NCBI GenBank assembly: GCA_046297095.1
Contig: JBKCNS010000010.1
Coordinates: forward strand, 506-64,505
Origin: Candidatus Kapaibacterium sp.
GTDB lineage: Bacteria > Bacteroidota > Ignavibacteria > Kapaibacteriales > NICIL-2
DNA: 64,000 nucleotides
Reading direction: 5' to 3'
Shown: in pieces, positions 8,476 through 18,049 of the stretch
Position numbering within the stretch: the first letter of the stretch is position 1
How the letters are laid out: each line of letters starts with the position of its first letter
Made by a program: the position numbers and the translations under genes
Notes under the pieces: model-generated
Databases searched by the model: none
Told to the model about the DNA's origin: nothing
The model's input: the letters and a program-made list of their open reading frames with translations, nothing else

Positions 8476-9879
8476 ATGAAAGAACATTCTTGTGACCTTG
8501 CAGTACTTGGCTCAGGCCCCGGCGGTTATGTAGCTGCGATTCGAGCTTCACAGCTTGGCTTGTCCACTATTTGCATTGAGCGCGATCGCCTGGGTGGCGT
8601 ATGTCTGAACTGGGGTTGTATTCCCTCGAAGGCATTGCTCAAGAGCGCTGAGTACCGCGTGTTTCTTGATCATGCCGGCGATTACGGTTTCAATCTTCCG
8701 GAAGTTTCCGTCGACTTTCCTAAGGTCATCAAGCGCAGCCGCGGCGTAGCCGACAAGATGAATGCAGGTGTGGGATTTCTCTTCAAGAAATATAAAGTTC
8801 AGCAGGTTCAGGGCACCGGCAAGATGACCTCGCCGGGTGTTTTGGAAGTTCGCGATGCCGATGGAACGGTTACCGATATCATTCGTTGCAAGAACATCAT
8901 CATTGCCACCGGCGCACGCACCCGCATGATTCCGGGCATAGACGTGGATCGCAAGCGCATACTCACCAGCACCGAAGCAATGCTTCAGCAAGAGATTCCC
9001 GATTCGATGGTCGTCATCGGTTCCGGTGCCATCGGAGTTGAGTTTGCCTACTTCTACAACTCCTTCGGCACCAAGGTGACCATTGTGGAGATGATGCCGA
9101 GTATTGTTCCTGTGGAGGACGAGGACGTTTCCAAAGAACTCGAGCGCAACTTCAAGAAACAAGGCATGACCATCATGACGAGCACCAAGGTGCTATCCGC
9201 TAAAACAGTGGGCGATCATGTGGAAGTGGTAGTGGAAAAGAAAGACGGTACGCAGCAAACTATCTCAGCTTCCGTAGCGCTGAACGCCGTGGGCGTGCAG
9301 GGTAATATCGAGAATATCGGCCTTGAAGAGTGCGGCGTTCGCACTGAACGCGGTTGGGTTGTGATCGATGAGTTTTGCCGCACCAATGTGCCGGGCGTGT
9401 ATGCGATAGGCGACATTGCCGGCGCTCCCTGGCTTGCGCACAAGGCATCGGCCGAGGGCATAGTATGTGCGGAGTTTATCGCCGGTCATGCCACCCAAGG
9501 TGTGAACTATCGCAACATTCCGGGTTGTACCTACTGCCAACCGCAAGTTGCCAGTGTGGGGCTAACCGAGAAGAAAGCCAAAGAAGCGGGCTACGAAGTA
9601 AAGGTTGGTAAGTTCCCCTTCACCGCAAACGGCAAGGCCACCGGAACCGGCAAGAACGATGGCTTCGTGAAGCTTGTGTTCGACGCCAAGTACGGCGAAA
9701 TTCTTGGCGCTCACATGATTGGCTCTGATGTTACCGAGCTTATTGCCGAAGTGGGCTTGGCACGAGAACTGGACGGCACTGCTCAAACACTGTTCAAAAC
9801 AGTTCACGCTCACCCCACTCTCAGCGAAGCGGTGATGGAGGCCGCAGCCTTGGCGTATGGCGAAGCAGTGAACTTCTAA
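8476..9879 (+). CDS. lpdA: dihydrolipoyl dehydrogenase (E3 component)
   Basis: DLAVLGSGPGGYVAAIRASQLGL is the FAD site. GGVCLNWGCIPSKALL is the redox-active disulfide. NAD-binding and dimerisation regions follow; length 467 aa. Confidence 0.9.
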   Translation: MKEHSCDLAVLGSGPGGYVAAIRASQLGLSTICIERDRLGGVCLNWGCIPSKALLKSAEYRVFLDHAGDYGFNLPEVSVDFPKVIKRSRGVADKMNAGVGFLFKKYKVQQVQGTGKMTSPGVLEVRDADGTVTDIIRCKNIIIATGARTRMIPGIDVDRKRILTSTEAMLQQEIPDSMVVIGSGAIGVEFAYFYNSFGTKVTIVEMMPSIVPVEDEDVSKELERNFKKQGMTIMTSTKVLSAKTVGDHVEVVVEKKDGTQQTISASVALNAVGVQGNIENIGLEECGVRTERGWVVIDEFCRTNVPGVYAIGDIAGAPWLAHKASAEGIVCAEFIAGHATQGVNYRNIPGCTYCQPQVASVGLTEKKAKEAGYEVKVGKFPFTANGKATGTGKNDGFVKLVFDAKYGEILGAHMIGSDVTELIAEVGLARELDGTAQTLFKTVHAHPTLSEAVMEAAALAYGEAVNF

Positions 9880-9930
9880 ATGTTCTCTAACATGTGGACG
9901 GCGTGTTGCTGATACGATGAGCAGTACACA

Positions 9931-11169
9931 TTACACGGGCAAGCCCTTGCCCTTTGTTTCCTTGCTGAAGTATGCAGCGATCACGGCGATGAGATAGGAG
10001 CCCGCAAAGAATAATGCCGAAGGACCGTAACCACCAAACTGTTGCACAATAGTGCCAACAAATAGCACGGCTATAGCCGTTGCAAGTCGTCCGGCATTAA
10101 GACCAAACCCCACAGCCGTTGCTCGAATGCGGGTAGGAAACAACTCCGGCAAGTAGATATACATTATTGCCTGCGCCAAGCCGATGAAGTAACCAAGTAT
10201 GGCAACCTGAACATATATCTGCGTAGAGAACGTGGTGTTCGATAAGAACAACAGCGCCGAGGCCGCGAAGCATCCCGCATAGCTTAGCATGATGGTAGCT
10301 CTGCGACCAATGCGCTCGCAAAGCCATCCCGCACTTGCGCAGCCGCACACAGCTGCAAGACCTTGCCAGAATAATGTTGTGCCTCGCTCCACATTGCCGG
10401 CATAGGAAGCAGGGAAAAACGATTGCACCCATTGGGGAATCCAGGCAAGCGATGCCCAGTACCCGATGAGCAGTCCCCCAAAGGCCAAGGCACCAAGAAT
10501 GGCGTTGCGCCTATTCGCGGGCGAAAGCACTTCTCCCAATAGTGAAAGATCTTCGTGCGAGGATTGCACACTGCTCCGCCATTTTTCCGATTCACGAAGC
10601 GCCATTCGAAGAAACACGGTGAGCACCGCAGGCAGCGCGCCAATAAAGAATACGGTTCTCCAGTAATCCACATTACGTGTGACCAGTCCGGCCACGAGTA
10701 CACCGGCCTGATACGAGGTCAGTAGCACACCAATAGCAAAGGCACGTGAACGCTCCACCCAAACCTCCGAGAGGAATGTGGTGATACTTACTAACTCACC
10801 GCCAATTCCCAGACCGGTGAGAAATCGAAAAATTGCCAAATGCCACCAGGTCTGCGAGAATCCCGCGCAGCCGGTAAACACTGCATACAGCAAGATGGAG
10901 AACAGCATCGAGCGCACTCTGCCGAGCTTATCTCCGATCATTCCGAACAGTATACCGCCGCCCATCCATCCAAAAAGAAAGGCAGAATTGATTATCGATG
11001 CGATTCTATTGGGATCGGCATCAACAACGCCGTTGAGCAGCTCCGCTACCGCTTTGGGTTGCACGGCAGACATAAAGGTGGAGTCCATACCGTCGAATAA
11101 TCCACCCAACCAACATCCCACAAACACCAGCAAATGGTAGCGAGTAATTTTCTGAGGAATAGCGTTCAT
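9931..11169 (-). CDS. MFS transporter
   Basis: 412 aa with about 12 predicted hydrophobic helices. Contains the GDKLGRVRSM motif (MFS loop 2-3 G-x-x-x-D-R/K-x-G-R). Confidence 0.7.
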   Translation of the reverse strand: MNAIPQKITRYHLLVFVGCWLGGLFDGMDSTFMSAVQPKAVAELLNGVVDADPNRIASIINSAFLFGWMGGGILFGMIGDKLGRVRSMLFSILLYAVFTGCAGFSQTWWHLAIFRFLTGLGIGGELVSITTFLSEVWVERSRAFAIGVLLTSYQAGVLVAGLVTRNVDYWRTVFFIGALPAVLTVFLRMALRESEKWRSSVQSSHEDLSLLGEVLSPANRRNAILGALAFGGLLIGYWASLAWIPQWVQSFFPASYAGNVERGTTLFWQGLAAVCGCASAGWLCERIGRRATIMLSYAGCFAASALLFLSNTTFSTQIYVQVAILGYFIGLAQAIMYIYLPELFPTRIRATAVGFGLNAGRLATAIAVLFVGTIVQQFGGYGPSALFFAGSYLIAVIAAYFSKETKGKGLPV

Positions 11170-11198
11170 TCTTCGAATTCACCTAATGTGTGTTGACC

Positions 11199-12305
11199 TT
11201 ACATCTTGAAGCTCTGGTCCTTCCATTGCACGGTTCTATCAATAATGAGGAACGGAAGACTGAGCTCGAGTAAGGTAAAAAACAAGACTGCCGGTATGGT
11301 AAAAGGAATCAGCGAAAGGCCGCCGAGTATACGTAGCGAGGGCGCAATAATGAGCACATCTTCGGCAACTCTCATGGCTAGTATCAAAGCAAGCCAGTGC
11401 CACTCTCCTGTTGTAACGGCCGCAAAAATGCCGCCCCACAAGGCCAGCGATGTAGCTACAAACACTACCGCTCGTATGCCAAGTTTCTGACCGCCAAAGG
11501 CCCACCGCTTGTGTTGGGCAATGTACTCCGCCATCGTGCGAAGTGCCAAGGTGGTAACACTGGATTCCGGTGTGCATAGATATCGCGCTGTACATCCGCT
11601 TGCCGCTACTGCTTGCAGTAAGGCAAGGTCCTCAGTGACCGAAAACGGTATGGCTGCATAGCCACCGATACCGTTATACACAGACCTACGTACCGACATA
11701 TTGTTTCCGTAACATCCTAGATGTTGTTTAAAAAACACAGCGGCACTTGCCATGGTGTTTAAGCTGTACCACTCCACTGCTTGTATACGTGCAAAGAAAG
11801 TTGACCCGCTTACCAGCGTGTTTGCGCACACTAAGCCCACTGCAGGATCCTTGTATTGACGAGCATGTGATCGCACCCATCCGGGAGGCACACGGCAATC
11901 GGCATCAGTAAGTACAACGATGTCACCGGTGGCCGACTTGAATCCCACATCCAAAGCTCCGGCTTTACCGCGCAGGTTCTTTTCTCCGTCGTGACGAATA
12001 TGAACAATATGAAGGCGGCCGGATCGTTCTCCTATGCTTGTTAGAACAGCCTCGGTGTTGTCTGTGGAGCGATCGTTGACAATGATGATCTGAAGCTTGT
12101 GTTCGGGGTAATCCACATTAAGCAGCGAGGCCACGCAATCGCCTATTGTCCCCTCTTCGTTCCGAGCAGGAACGATCACAGTCACCAATGGCTCGTCATC
12201 GTTTACCACCCGAGTTTGGCACCGTTCACGTGCAGCACCAATCATGAAGAACACGGAGCGAGCCGTGTAGGTGACGAGTGCAATGATGTAGAAGAAGATC
12301 TGCAT
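11199..12305 (-). CDS. family-2 glycosyltransferase of the processive (QxxRW) type with flanking TM helices
   Basis: VTVIVPARNEEGTIGDCVASLLNVDYP is a GT-A N-terminus. TDAD is the DxD motif. QHKRWAFG is the QxxRW motif of processive beta-glycosyltransferases. Hydrophobic N- and C-termini. Likely co-transcribed with the downstream MFS gene. Confidence 0.75.
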   Translation of the reverse strand: MQIFFYIIALVTYTARSVFFMIGAARERCQTRVVNDDEPLVTVIVPARNEEGTIGDCVASLLNVDYPEHKLQIIIVNDRSTDNTEAVLTSIGERSGRLHIVHIRHDGEKNLRGKAGALDVGFKSATGDIVVLTDADCRVPPGWVRSHARQYKDPAVGLVCANTLVSGSTFFARIQAVEWYSLNTMASAAVFFKQHLGCYGNNMSVRRSVYNGIGGYAAIPFSVTEDLALLQAVAASGCTARYLCTPESSVTTLALRTMAEYIAQHKRWAFGGQKLGIRAVVFVATSLALWGGIFAAVTTGEWHWLALILAMRVAEDVLIIAPSLRILGGLSLIPFTIPAVLFFTLLELSLPFLIIDRTVQWKDQSFKM

Positions 12306-12399
12306 GGATACCGTGGGTTGTACTCTGCAAACTACAATGCACGTGTGAGTGGCGGGGCGCTTTTTTGTGACAGAAGTCTATGACAAAGGAAGTAGAAAC

Positions 12400-13854
12400 A
12401 TGAGTAAACATTCCACTGAATCACTAACGGCAGAAGCGGCTCGCTACGCACAATCCCACGGCCCCGCGCCGGAGGAAATCCACGATCGAGAAGTAGCTGT
12501 AGAAAAGCCCGCTGCTGAACGGGGTCGGGTGGACCTGCTTAACTCAGAGTACATGCCCTCGCTGATAAAGTTTGCGGTACCACTTACCTTCAGCTTCCTG
12601 GTGAATATGATTTATTCTCTCATCGATCGCTGGTTTATATCGTCGCTTGGTACCGATGCCATCGCGGCCATTGGCCTTGGCGAGCAGTTGGGATTTCTGG
12701 TATTCACGATTGGCAGCGGCTTTTGTATGGGCACAGGAATTATCGTAGCACGCCGAATAGGCGAGAACGATCGTGAAGGTGCAAACAGGATTGCTACACA
12801 GGCCGTGATTTTTATGATTGTGGCAACGACAATCATTACAGTACTATTGGAACTTTCGCTTCCGTTTGTGCTCAATCTGTTTGGACTTTCAGACACGGTA
12901 ACCGCGTATGCTTACCAGTACCTTTCGGCGGTGCTGCTTGGATTTGTAGGAAACCTTATCACCTTTCAAATCAATTCGATCATCCGCTCATCAGGTAATG
13001 TGTTTTATCCCATGGTGGTGCTGCTCTCGACAACAGTTATCAATGCAGCTCTGGCTCCGTTGTTCATCTTTGTTCTCAACATGGGAATGTATGGTGCCGG
13101 ATTAGCTACCGCCGTAGCACAAACGTCCGGTATGATCATCAACCTAATGCTCGTGCTGAACAACAAGACCGGGATTCACCTTCGCCTGGACAAATTCACC
13201 TTCGACTGGCAAGTGATACGTCGCATTGTTTCGCTGGGTATACCGTCGAGTGTGCAAATGATGGCAGTAAGCCTTACTCGCATCAGCATCTTTAAGCTCG
13301 TTGCAGCGTTCGGCACCAGCGTGATGGCAGCATACACTCTTGGCATCAGCGTAGATTTCATCGTGTTCATGTTTGTGTTTTCCTTAGGCATTTCCATTGA
13401 GGTTGCCACAGGGCAAAATCTTGGGGCGCGTAAGTTTCACCGCGTACTCGGATATCACACAGCCGGAATCAAGCTCTTGGCAATCATCTCTGGTGTTCTT
13501 GGCTTTTTAGCGTACACCATGGGCCCCACATTTGCCTCTCTCTATAGCTCGGACCGGGTTGTGATTATGGAAACACAACGCTACCTCCATGTATCGGTGT
13601 TCGGATATCTGTTTTTTGGTGTGGGAATCATTTCTGCACGCGTCATTAGCGGTGCCGGAGCGGCGTACGTAAGCCTTGCAATAGTAGCGGGGTCTATTGT
13701 GTTGCTTCAACTTCCCTTGGTGTATGTATTCTCGCACTACACCGGATGGAATCAAACAGGTATCTGGATTGGCGCGGCAAGCGGATACGCACTCTTCGCT
13801 GCAATTGGAATGTATGCAGTGCGTAGCAAGATTTGGATGCAGGCAAAGGTGTAG
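12400..13854 (+). CDS. MATE family efflux transporter
   Basis: About 12 TM helices arranged as two repeated halves. Conserved GxGxxxxGxxIIVARRIGENDREGAN-type motif of NorM/DinF transporters. The ORF could start as early as 12349. Confidence 0.7.
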   Translation: MSKHSTESLTAEAARYAQSHGPAPEEIHDREVAVEKPAAERGRVDLLNSEYMPSLIKFAVPLTFSFLVNMIYSLIDRWFISSLGTDAIAAIGLGEQLGFLVFTIGSGFCMGTGIIVARRIGENDREGANRIATQAVIFMIVATTIITVLLELSLPFVLNLFGLSDTVTAYAYQYLSAVLLGFVGNLITFQINSIIRSSGNVFYPMVVLLSTTVINAALAPLFIFVLNMGMYGAGLATAVAQTSGMIINLMLVLNNKTGIHLRLDKFTFDWQVIRRIVSLGIPSSVQMMAVSLTRISIFKLVAAFGTSVMAAYTLGISVDFIVFMFVFSLGISIEVATGQNLGARKFHRVLGYHTAGIKLLAIISGVLGFLAYTMGPTFASLYSSDRVVIMETQRYLHVSVFGYLFFGVGIISARVISGAGAAYVSLAIVAGSIVLLQLPLVYVFSHYTGWNQTGIWIGAASGYALFAAIGMYAVRSKIWMQAKV

Positions 13855-13883
13855 CCGAATCTGCGAACCTTCGAGTTACGACT

Positions 13884-14570
13884 TCACGCCCTCGCCGAAA
13901 CTTCCCTAGAGGGACACAATGTTGCGACCACACACTCTGAGCATTTAGGCCGGCGCGCAATACAGGTTTTTCTGCCGTGAGTGATAATGCTGCTGTTGAA
14001 CTCATTGCGCCTGTTTTCCGGCACGATTTCCATCAGAGCGAATTCTATCTTTACTGCATCGGTTGTATTCACCAAGCCAAGCAGATTGCTGATGCGCGTC
14101 ACGTGCGTATCAACAGTCAGAGTTTGATGACCGAAGCAATGACCCAGCACACAATTGGCGGTCTTTCTTCCCACGCCCGGTAACTGCACCAACTCTTCCA
14201 TGGTTTGTGGCACTTCGCCGCCAAAGCGCTCCACGAGCATCTCGCAGCATGCTTGAACATTCTTTGCCTTGGCACGATAGTAACCGGTAGATCGAACATC
14301 CTGCTCGATTTCCTCCAGCGGTGTGCGCACGTAATCGGCCGGTGTGGGATACTTCCTGAACAGCGCCGGAGTTACCGTGTTTACCAGCTTGTCGGTGCTT
14401 TGCGCGGAGAGCATGGTAGCTATGAGCAACTCGAAAGGATTTCCGTGATCCAGTCCCTCGAACTCATGATTATACGCGGTTTCCAAAGCGTCAAGGATTT
14501 TCACGACGCGCTCTTGCTTTGATTGTTTGGATTCCCTGCCCTTGCGTTTGAATTGCGTCTCGGTACTCAC
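13884..14570 (-). CDS. nth: endonuclease III
   Basis: HhH-GPD region LVQLPGVGRKTANCVL and the C-terminal 4Fe-4S cluster loop CIARRPKCSECVVATLCP. Confidence 0.9.
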   Translation of the reverse strand: MSTETQFKRKGRESKQSKQERVVKILDALETAYNHEFEGLDHGNPFELLIATMLSAQSTDKLVNTVTPALFRKYPTPADYVRTPLEEIEQDVRSTGYYRAKAKNVQACCEMLVERFGGEVPQTMEELVQLPGVGRKTANCVLGHCFGHQTLTVDTHVTRISNLLGLVNTTDAVKIEFALMEIVPENRRNEFNSSIITHGRKTCIARRPKCSECVVATLCPSREVSARA

Positions 14571-14729
14571 GGTTTCTCCTACGTTTCGAATGACTCTTTG
14601 GAATTTCTCGGTATGAAGTGCCGAGAAGGTTATGCTTTGGAAAGTTCTGCTTTGGAATGCAGCTGACTATCTAGTCGTTACATCACGTTGTCTCACAACT
14701 ACACATCGCTCCACCGCACATCAATATCC

Positions 14730-14790
14730 ATACTCATCAAAACTACAACGGCCCGCCTTCATCCATATGATGAGGGAGGGCCGTTCGAAT
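14730..14790 (-). terminator. long imperfect hairpin terminator downstream of the ferredoxin gene
   Basis: AACGGCCCGCCTTCATCCATATGATGAGGGAGGGCCGTT at 14747-14785, with T-rich sequence on both sides. Confidence 0.5.
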
Positions 14791-14827
14791 GTTCGTCCTT
14801 TTTGTTGGAGAGCTGGCTGTTACGAGC

Positions 14828-15175
14828 TTACGCGCGGCGCCGACCCGGATCGATCTCGTTCAAGTGCTCAACCTTCGACAGCAATTGATCCTTTGTTTCT
14901 ACTACTTCAGGATCGGGCAAACAGCAGTCTACCGGACATACGGCTGCGCATTGCGGCTCGTCGTGAAAGCCCACGCACTCGGTGCATTTATCCGGCACGA
15001 TATAGTAGTAGGAGTCGGACCAAAATTCACGAGAGAATCCTCCCGGCGAGGTAGAATCGCTGTGCTCTTTACCGGCCAGAGTCCATGCCGCGCCTGCTTC
15101 GTAAATAGCCGTGTTCGGGCACTCGGGCTCGCACGCTCCGCAGTTGATACAATCCGATGTAATGTAGATAGCCAT
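14828..15175 (-). CDS. 2[4Fe-4S] ferredoxin
   Basis: Two CxxCxxCxxxCP motifs: [12 protein letters not shown] and [18 protein letters not shown]. Start is at MAIYITSD. Confidence 0.85.
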   Translation of the reverse strand: MAIYITSDCINCGACEPECPNTAIYEAGAAWTLAGKEHSDSTSPGGFSREFWSDSYYYIVPDKCTECVGFHDEPQCAAVCPVDCCLPDPEVVETKDQLLSKVEHLNEIDPGRRRA

Positions 15176-15271
15176 AGTCCGAGGAGAAAATGTCGTAAAA
15201 ATCGTGTGCAAATATACGAGCGCAGACGAATGTGCTGCCTTTCAAGTGCAGATCAAGTTCACAGACAGCAA

Positions 15272-17293
15272 CTATGATATTGGGGTATTTTGGTCTGTCT
15301 TTTTCGGCCACACCGGCACTTCAAAGAAAAACGTACTGCCTGAGCCGGGCTGCGAATCACAACCAACCTCTCCGTTCATTTGCTCTATCAGTCTCTTAAC
15401 GCTTACAAGACCTATGCCGGAACTATCTTCCCCTCCGGTTGTCTTGCTGCCCACCTGCGCTTGACTTTTAAAGAGAAGCTGTACTTGATCGGGATGAATA
15501 CCGGGTCCTTCATCTTGAACGGAACAGCGAACAAACCCGTCGCGCCACGATGGTTCAACGGTAAGAGTAATGGCTCGGTTATTCGGTGAGTACTTTATCG
15601 CATTCGAAAGAAAATTCTCAACACATCGCTGCAACGACGATTGCACGCCGCGAACAAACATATCGCTCTCACCCGCAGCGAAATGAATGCTCTGGCTTTT
15701 AGCATAGGCTCTGGCCGAACTTTCGGCTATAACGTCTCTTACCACAGCGCATATGTTGACGGATTCCATCACCGCTTCTGCCGGGGCCTCACCTCGGTCT
15801 CCGGTGAGCAGGTGTGTTACAATATCCCTCATGCGGTGCGCCGTCTTTGTAACAGCGTTCACCGTTTTACGAATGTCCTCTGTGCTCATGCGCTCTACGT
15901 ACCTCTCCAAGGTAGAGGTGTGCACCAGAATACCGGCAATGGGGTTTTTCAAATCGTGATACACGATGGAAAACACATCGTTTTTCTCCTGAACAACCTT
16001 TTGCAGATTTTCATTCATCTCTTCCAGGTTTTTCAGTGCTGCCGTCAGCTCACTACTCTCCGATCGGTTGCGCTCAGACTCCTTCTCCGCACGCTCTCTC
16101 ATCAACGCGATCTCCAGTTGCTGTATCTGCTTGCTCACATCCTCACCACTCACAATCTCCCGTAGGGCCTGTACTTTCTCCTGGTGCCGCAGAGCTCGCT
16201 CGTATAAACGTATCTGTTTATACGACCGCGCAAATGCCTCGTGAACGCGCATCTCCAGTCGTTTAATACCTAACTCTTCAGCGATACGTAAGCACTTTAC
16301 CAAGAGTTCATTTGCGCGCATTGTATTGAAGAGCTCGCTCTCGTCGTTAAGGTGCAGTGTTGCAAACCCCAGATAGGTCTCGGCCATGCCGATATAGTCG
16401 TGGGCGCTTTCCCAAAAAGACAAGCTTTCTTGAAACACGATCAGTGCCTGATCATCCAATCCCTGTTTACTCAGGATCTCGCCGATATAGAACAAACTAC
16501 TTGCCACCCCGCGGTAGTTCGATGTTTCTCTGCGCAGCACCATACTGCGGCGATGGAATACCAGTGCATCCTCCAGGCCGCCCATACGAGTACAGAGAGT
16601 TCCCATACGCTCCAGAGTCCATGCCTCGCCGCCCTTATCAGATGCAGTTTGGTAGATCACCAAGCTTTGTTGGTAATAGGAAATCGAGGTAGCGAATTCG
16701 CCCAAGTCGAAATACACAGAGCCAATGGACGACAACGCCGAGGCGCGCCCGCGATCGTCACCGGACTCCACACAAATGTCCATGGCATCGTGGTAGCGGC
16801 GCAATGCACGAGTATAATCGGCTAACGACTGATAAATACTACCCTGCATGAATGCCATGCGTGTTTGAATCTGCGGAGTGCTTTTTTCTATCTGCTCGGC
16901 ATTCTCATCAATGAGTTCCAAAGCATGAGCAAAGTTCCCTGTAAGGGCATGGATGCCGGCAAGTATGCACTGGCAATCCAGCACGCCATCGCTCAAATTG
17001 TCGCTGTCGAAAATCTTGTACGCCGTTTCCGCCTCTGCCAGTGCCCGCGTAGAGTCGCCAAGCAGCACTCGGCATCGGGCGCACAGAACAAGCGAATGTG
17101 CCATGCTGATACGGCATGCCAGTTCCTCTGCCATTTCCAGTGCCTGCAGTCCAATCTGCAAGGCCTCTTGAGCGTTCCACATGTGGATGTACTCGCCATG
17201 GCTTACCATTTCCAGAACGCGCGCGCGCGACGGAACTTCTATTCCCTGAACGGCGGCTCGTGCTTCGGTATGTTCGGACACTTCAAATGACAT
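15272..17293 (-). CDS. cytoplasmic sensor histidine kinase with N-terminal TPR repeats, a coiled coil, HisKA and HATPase_c domains
   Basis: No TM segments. Repeated TPR-like helices make up about 380 aa. The coiled coil is EIALMRERAEKESERNRSESSELTAALKNLEEMNENLQK. H-box is FSIVYHDLKNPIAGI. The ATPase G-boxes are DEGPGI and GSGIGLVSVKRL. Confidence 0.8.
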   Translation of the reverse strand: MSFEVSEHTEARAAVQGIEVPSRARVLEMVSHGEYIHMWNAQEALQIGLQALEMAEELACRISMAHSLVLCARCRVLLGDSTRALAEAETAYKIFDSDNLSDGVLDCQCILAGIHALTGNFAHALELIDENAEQIEKSTPQIQTRMAFMQGSIYQSLADYTRALRRYHDAMDICVESGDDRGRASALSSIGSVYFDLGEFATSISYYQQSLVIYQTASDKGGEAWTLERMGTLCTRMGGLEDALVFHRRSMVLRRETSNYRGVASSLFYIGEILSKQGLDDQALIVFQESLSFWESAHDYIGMAETYLGFATLHLNDESELFNTMRANELLVKCLRIAEELGIKRLEMRVHEAFARSYKQIRLYERALRHQEKVQALREIVSGEDVSKQIQQLEIALMRERAEKESERNRSESSELTAALKNLEEMNENLQKVVQEKNDVFSIVYHDLKNPIAGILVHTSTLERYVERMSTEDIRKTVNAVTKTAHRMRDIVTHLLTGDRGEAPAEAVMESVNICAVVRDVIAESSARAYAKSQSIHFAAGESDMFVRGVQSSLQRCVENFLSNAIKYSPNNRAITLTVEPSWRDGFVRCSVQDEGPGIHPDQVQLLFKSQAQVGSKTTGGEDSSGIGLVSVKRLIEQMNGEVGCDSQPGSGSTFFFEVPVWPKKTDQNTPIS

Positions 17294-17311
17294 ATCAGGT
17301 GATCTACGTTC

Positions 17312-17752
17312 TTAAGAAATAATCGCCATCGTTGCCGTGGCTCTGGCACAGAGCTTTTCATTGCCCTGATCATCTACACTAAACACATCTGCTTCGCAAA
17401 AGCTCAACGTGTTACCATGTTTCACGCACCGTCCCTTTGCTCTGGCCATTACACCTATCAATGGATAGTAATAGCTGGTCTTGAGTTCTACCGTCACCAT
17501 TTGTTGGTGTTCGGATACAAGCGTAAAGCCCGCGAAGCCGGAAGCCACATCCGCCAGAGTAGCAATGACACCTCCGTGGGTTATGCCCACCTGCTGGCGA
17601 TGACAGGTCTGCAGCACCAGCTCTGCTTCCACATATCCGGGTTGAATCACCGTAAGCGAGCAGCCTATATGCTTCATGAACTCTTGCCTGGTGAGTTGCT
17701 CACGAATTCGCGATTCAAACTCAGGATTCAATGGTGTGAACGTTTGCGTCAT
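17312..17752 (-). CDS. PaaI/YbgC-type hotdog-fold thioesterase
   Basis: 146 aa, with the VGITHGGVIATLADVASGFA motif of PaaI-family thioesterases. Lies 18 bp downstream of the kinase on the same strand. Confidence 0.7.
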   Translation of the reverse strand: MTQTFTPLNPEFESRIREQLTRQEFMKHIGCSLTVIQPGYVEAELVLQTCHRQQVGITHGGVIATLADVASGFAGFTLVSEHQQMVTVELKTSYYYPLIGVMARAKGRCVKHGNTLSFCEADVFSVDDQGNEKLCARATATMAIIS

Positions 17753-18049
17753 AATGCTAGAAACAGTTAATGGAAGTTATCGGATCAATTTGCCAAAGGT
17801 AAAGCACAATGCCCGCCCTTCGCGGGAGTTTATGCGGGTTGTGTTTTCTGCATGTTTGTGCCGCTCGTGGTTACCGCGGCTACATGCAATTTGATATTTG
17901 TTAAACATTGCCAAATCTGCTGCAGCAACACGAAAAACAATACTTGTACGTACATTGCAGGAAATTACGCTACGTAGTTCCCCCAACGTATTCTTCCCTA
18001 CATGACCATTTGATACGATTGTTCGTGTTCACTTTCACCCTGCACCATT

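Noticed and set aside
7578-8495. Several 60-275-aa ORFs antisense to sucC and in the sucC-lpdA spacer (7578-8405, 7952-8428, 8239-8487, 8304-8495)
   Set aside because: They overlap a high-confidence sucC gene on the opposite strand or are generated by the GAACATC repeat array (MFEDVRRCSN...). They have no recognisable motifs and are treated as artefacts of GC-rich sequence.
15641-17290. Multiple + strand ORFs (up to 174 aa) inside the histidine-kinase gene
   Set aside because: They are antisense to a motif-rich kinase ORF, with Cys/His/Arg-rich translations typical of a GC-rich reverse frame.
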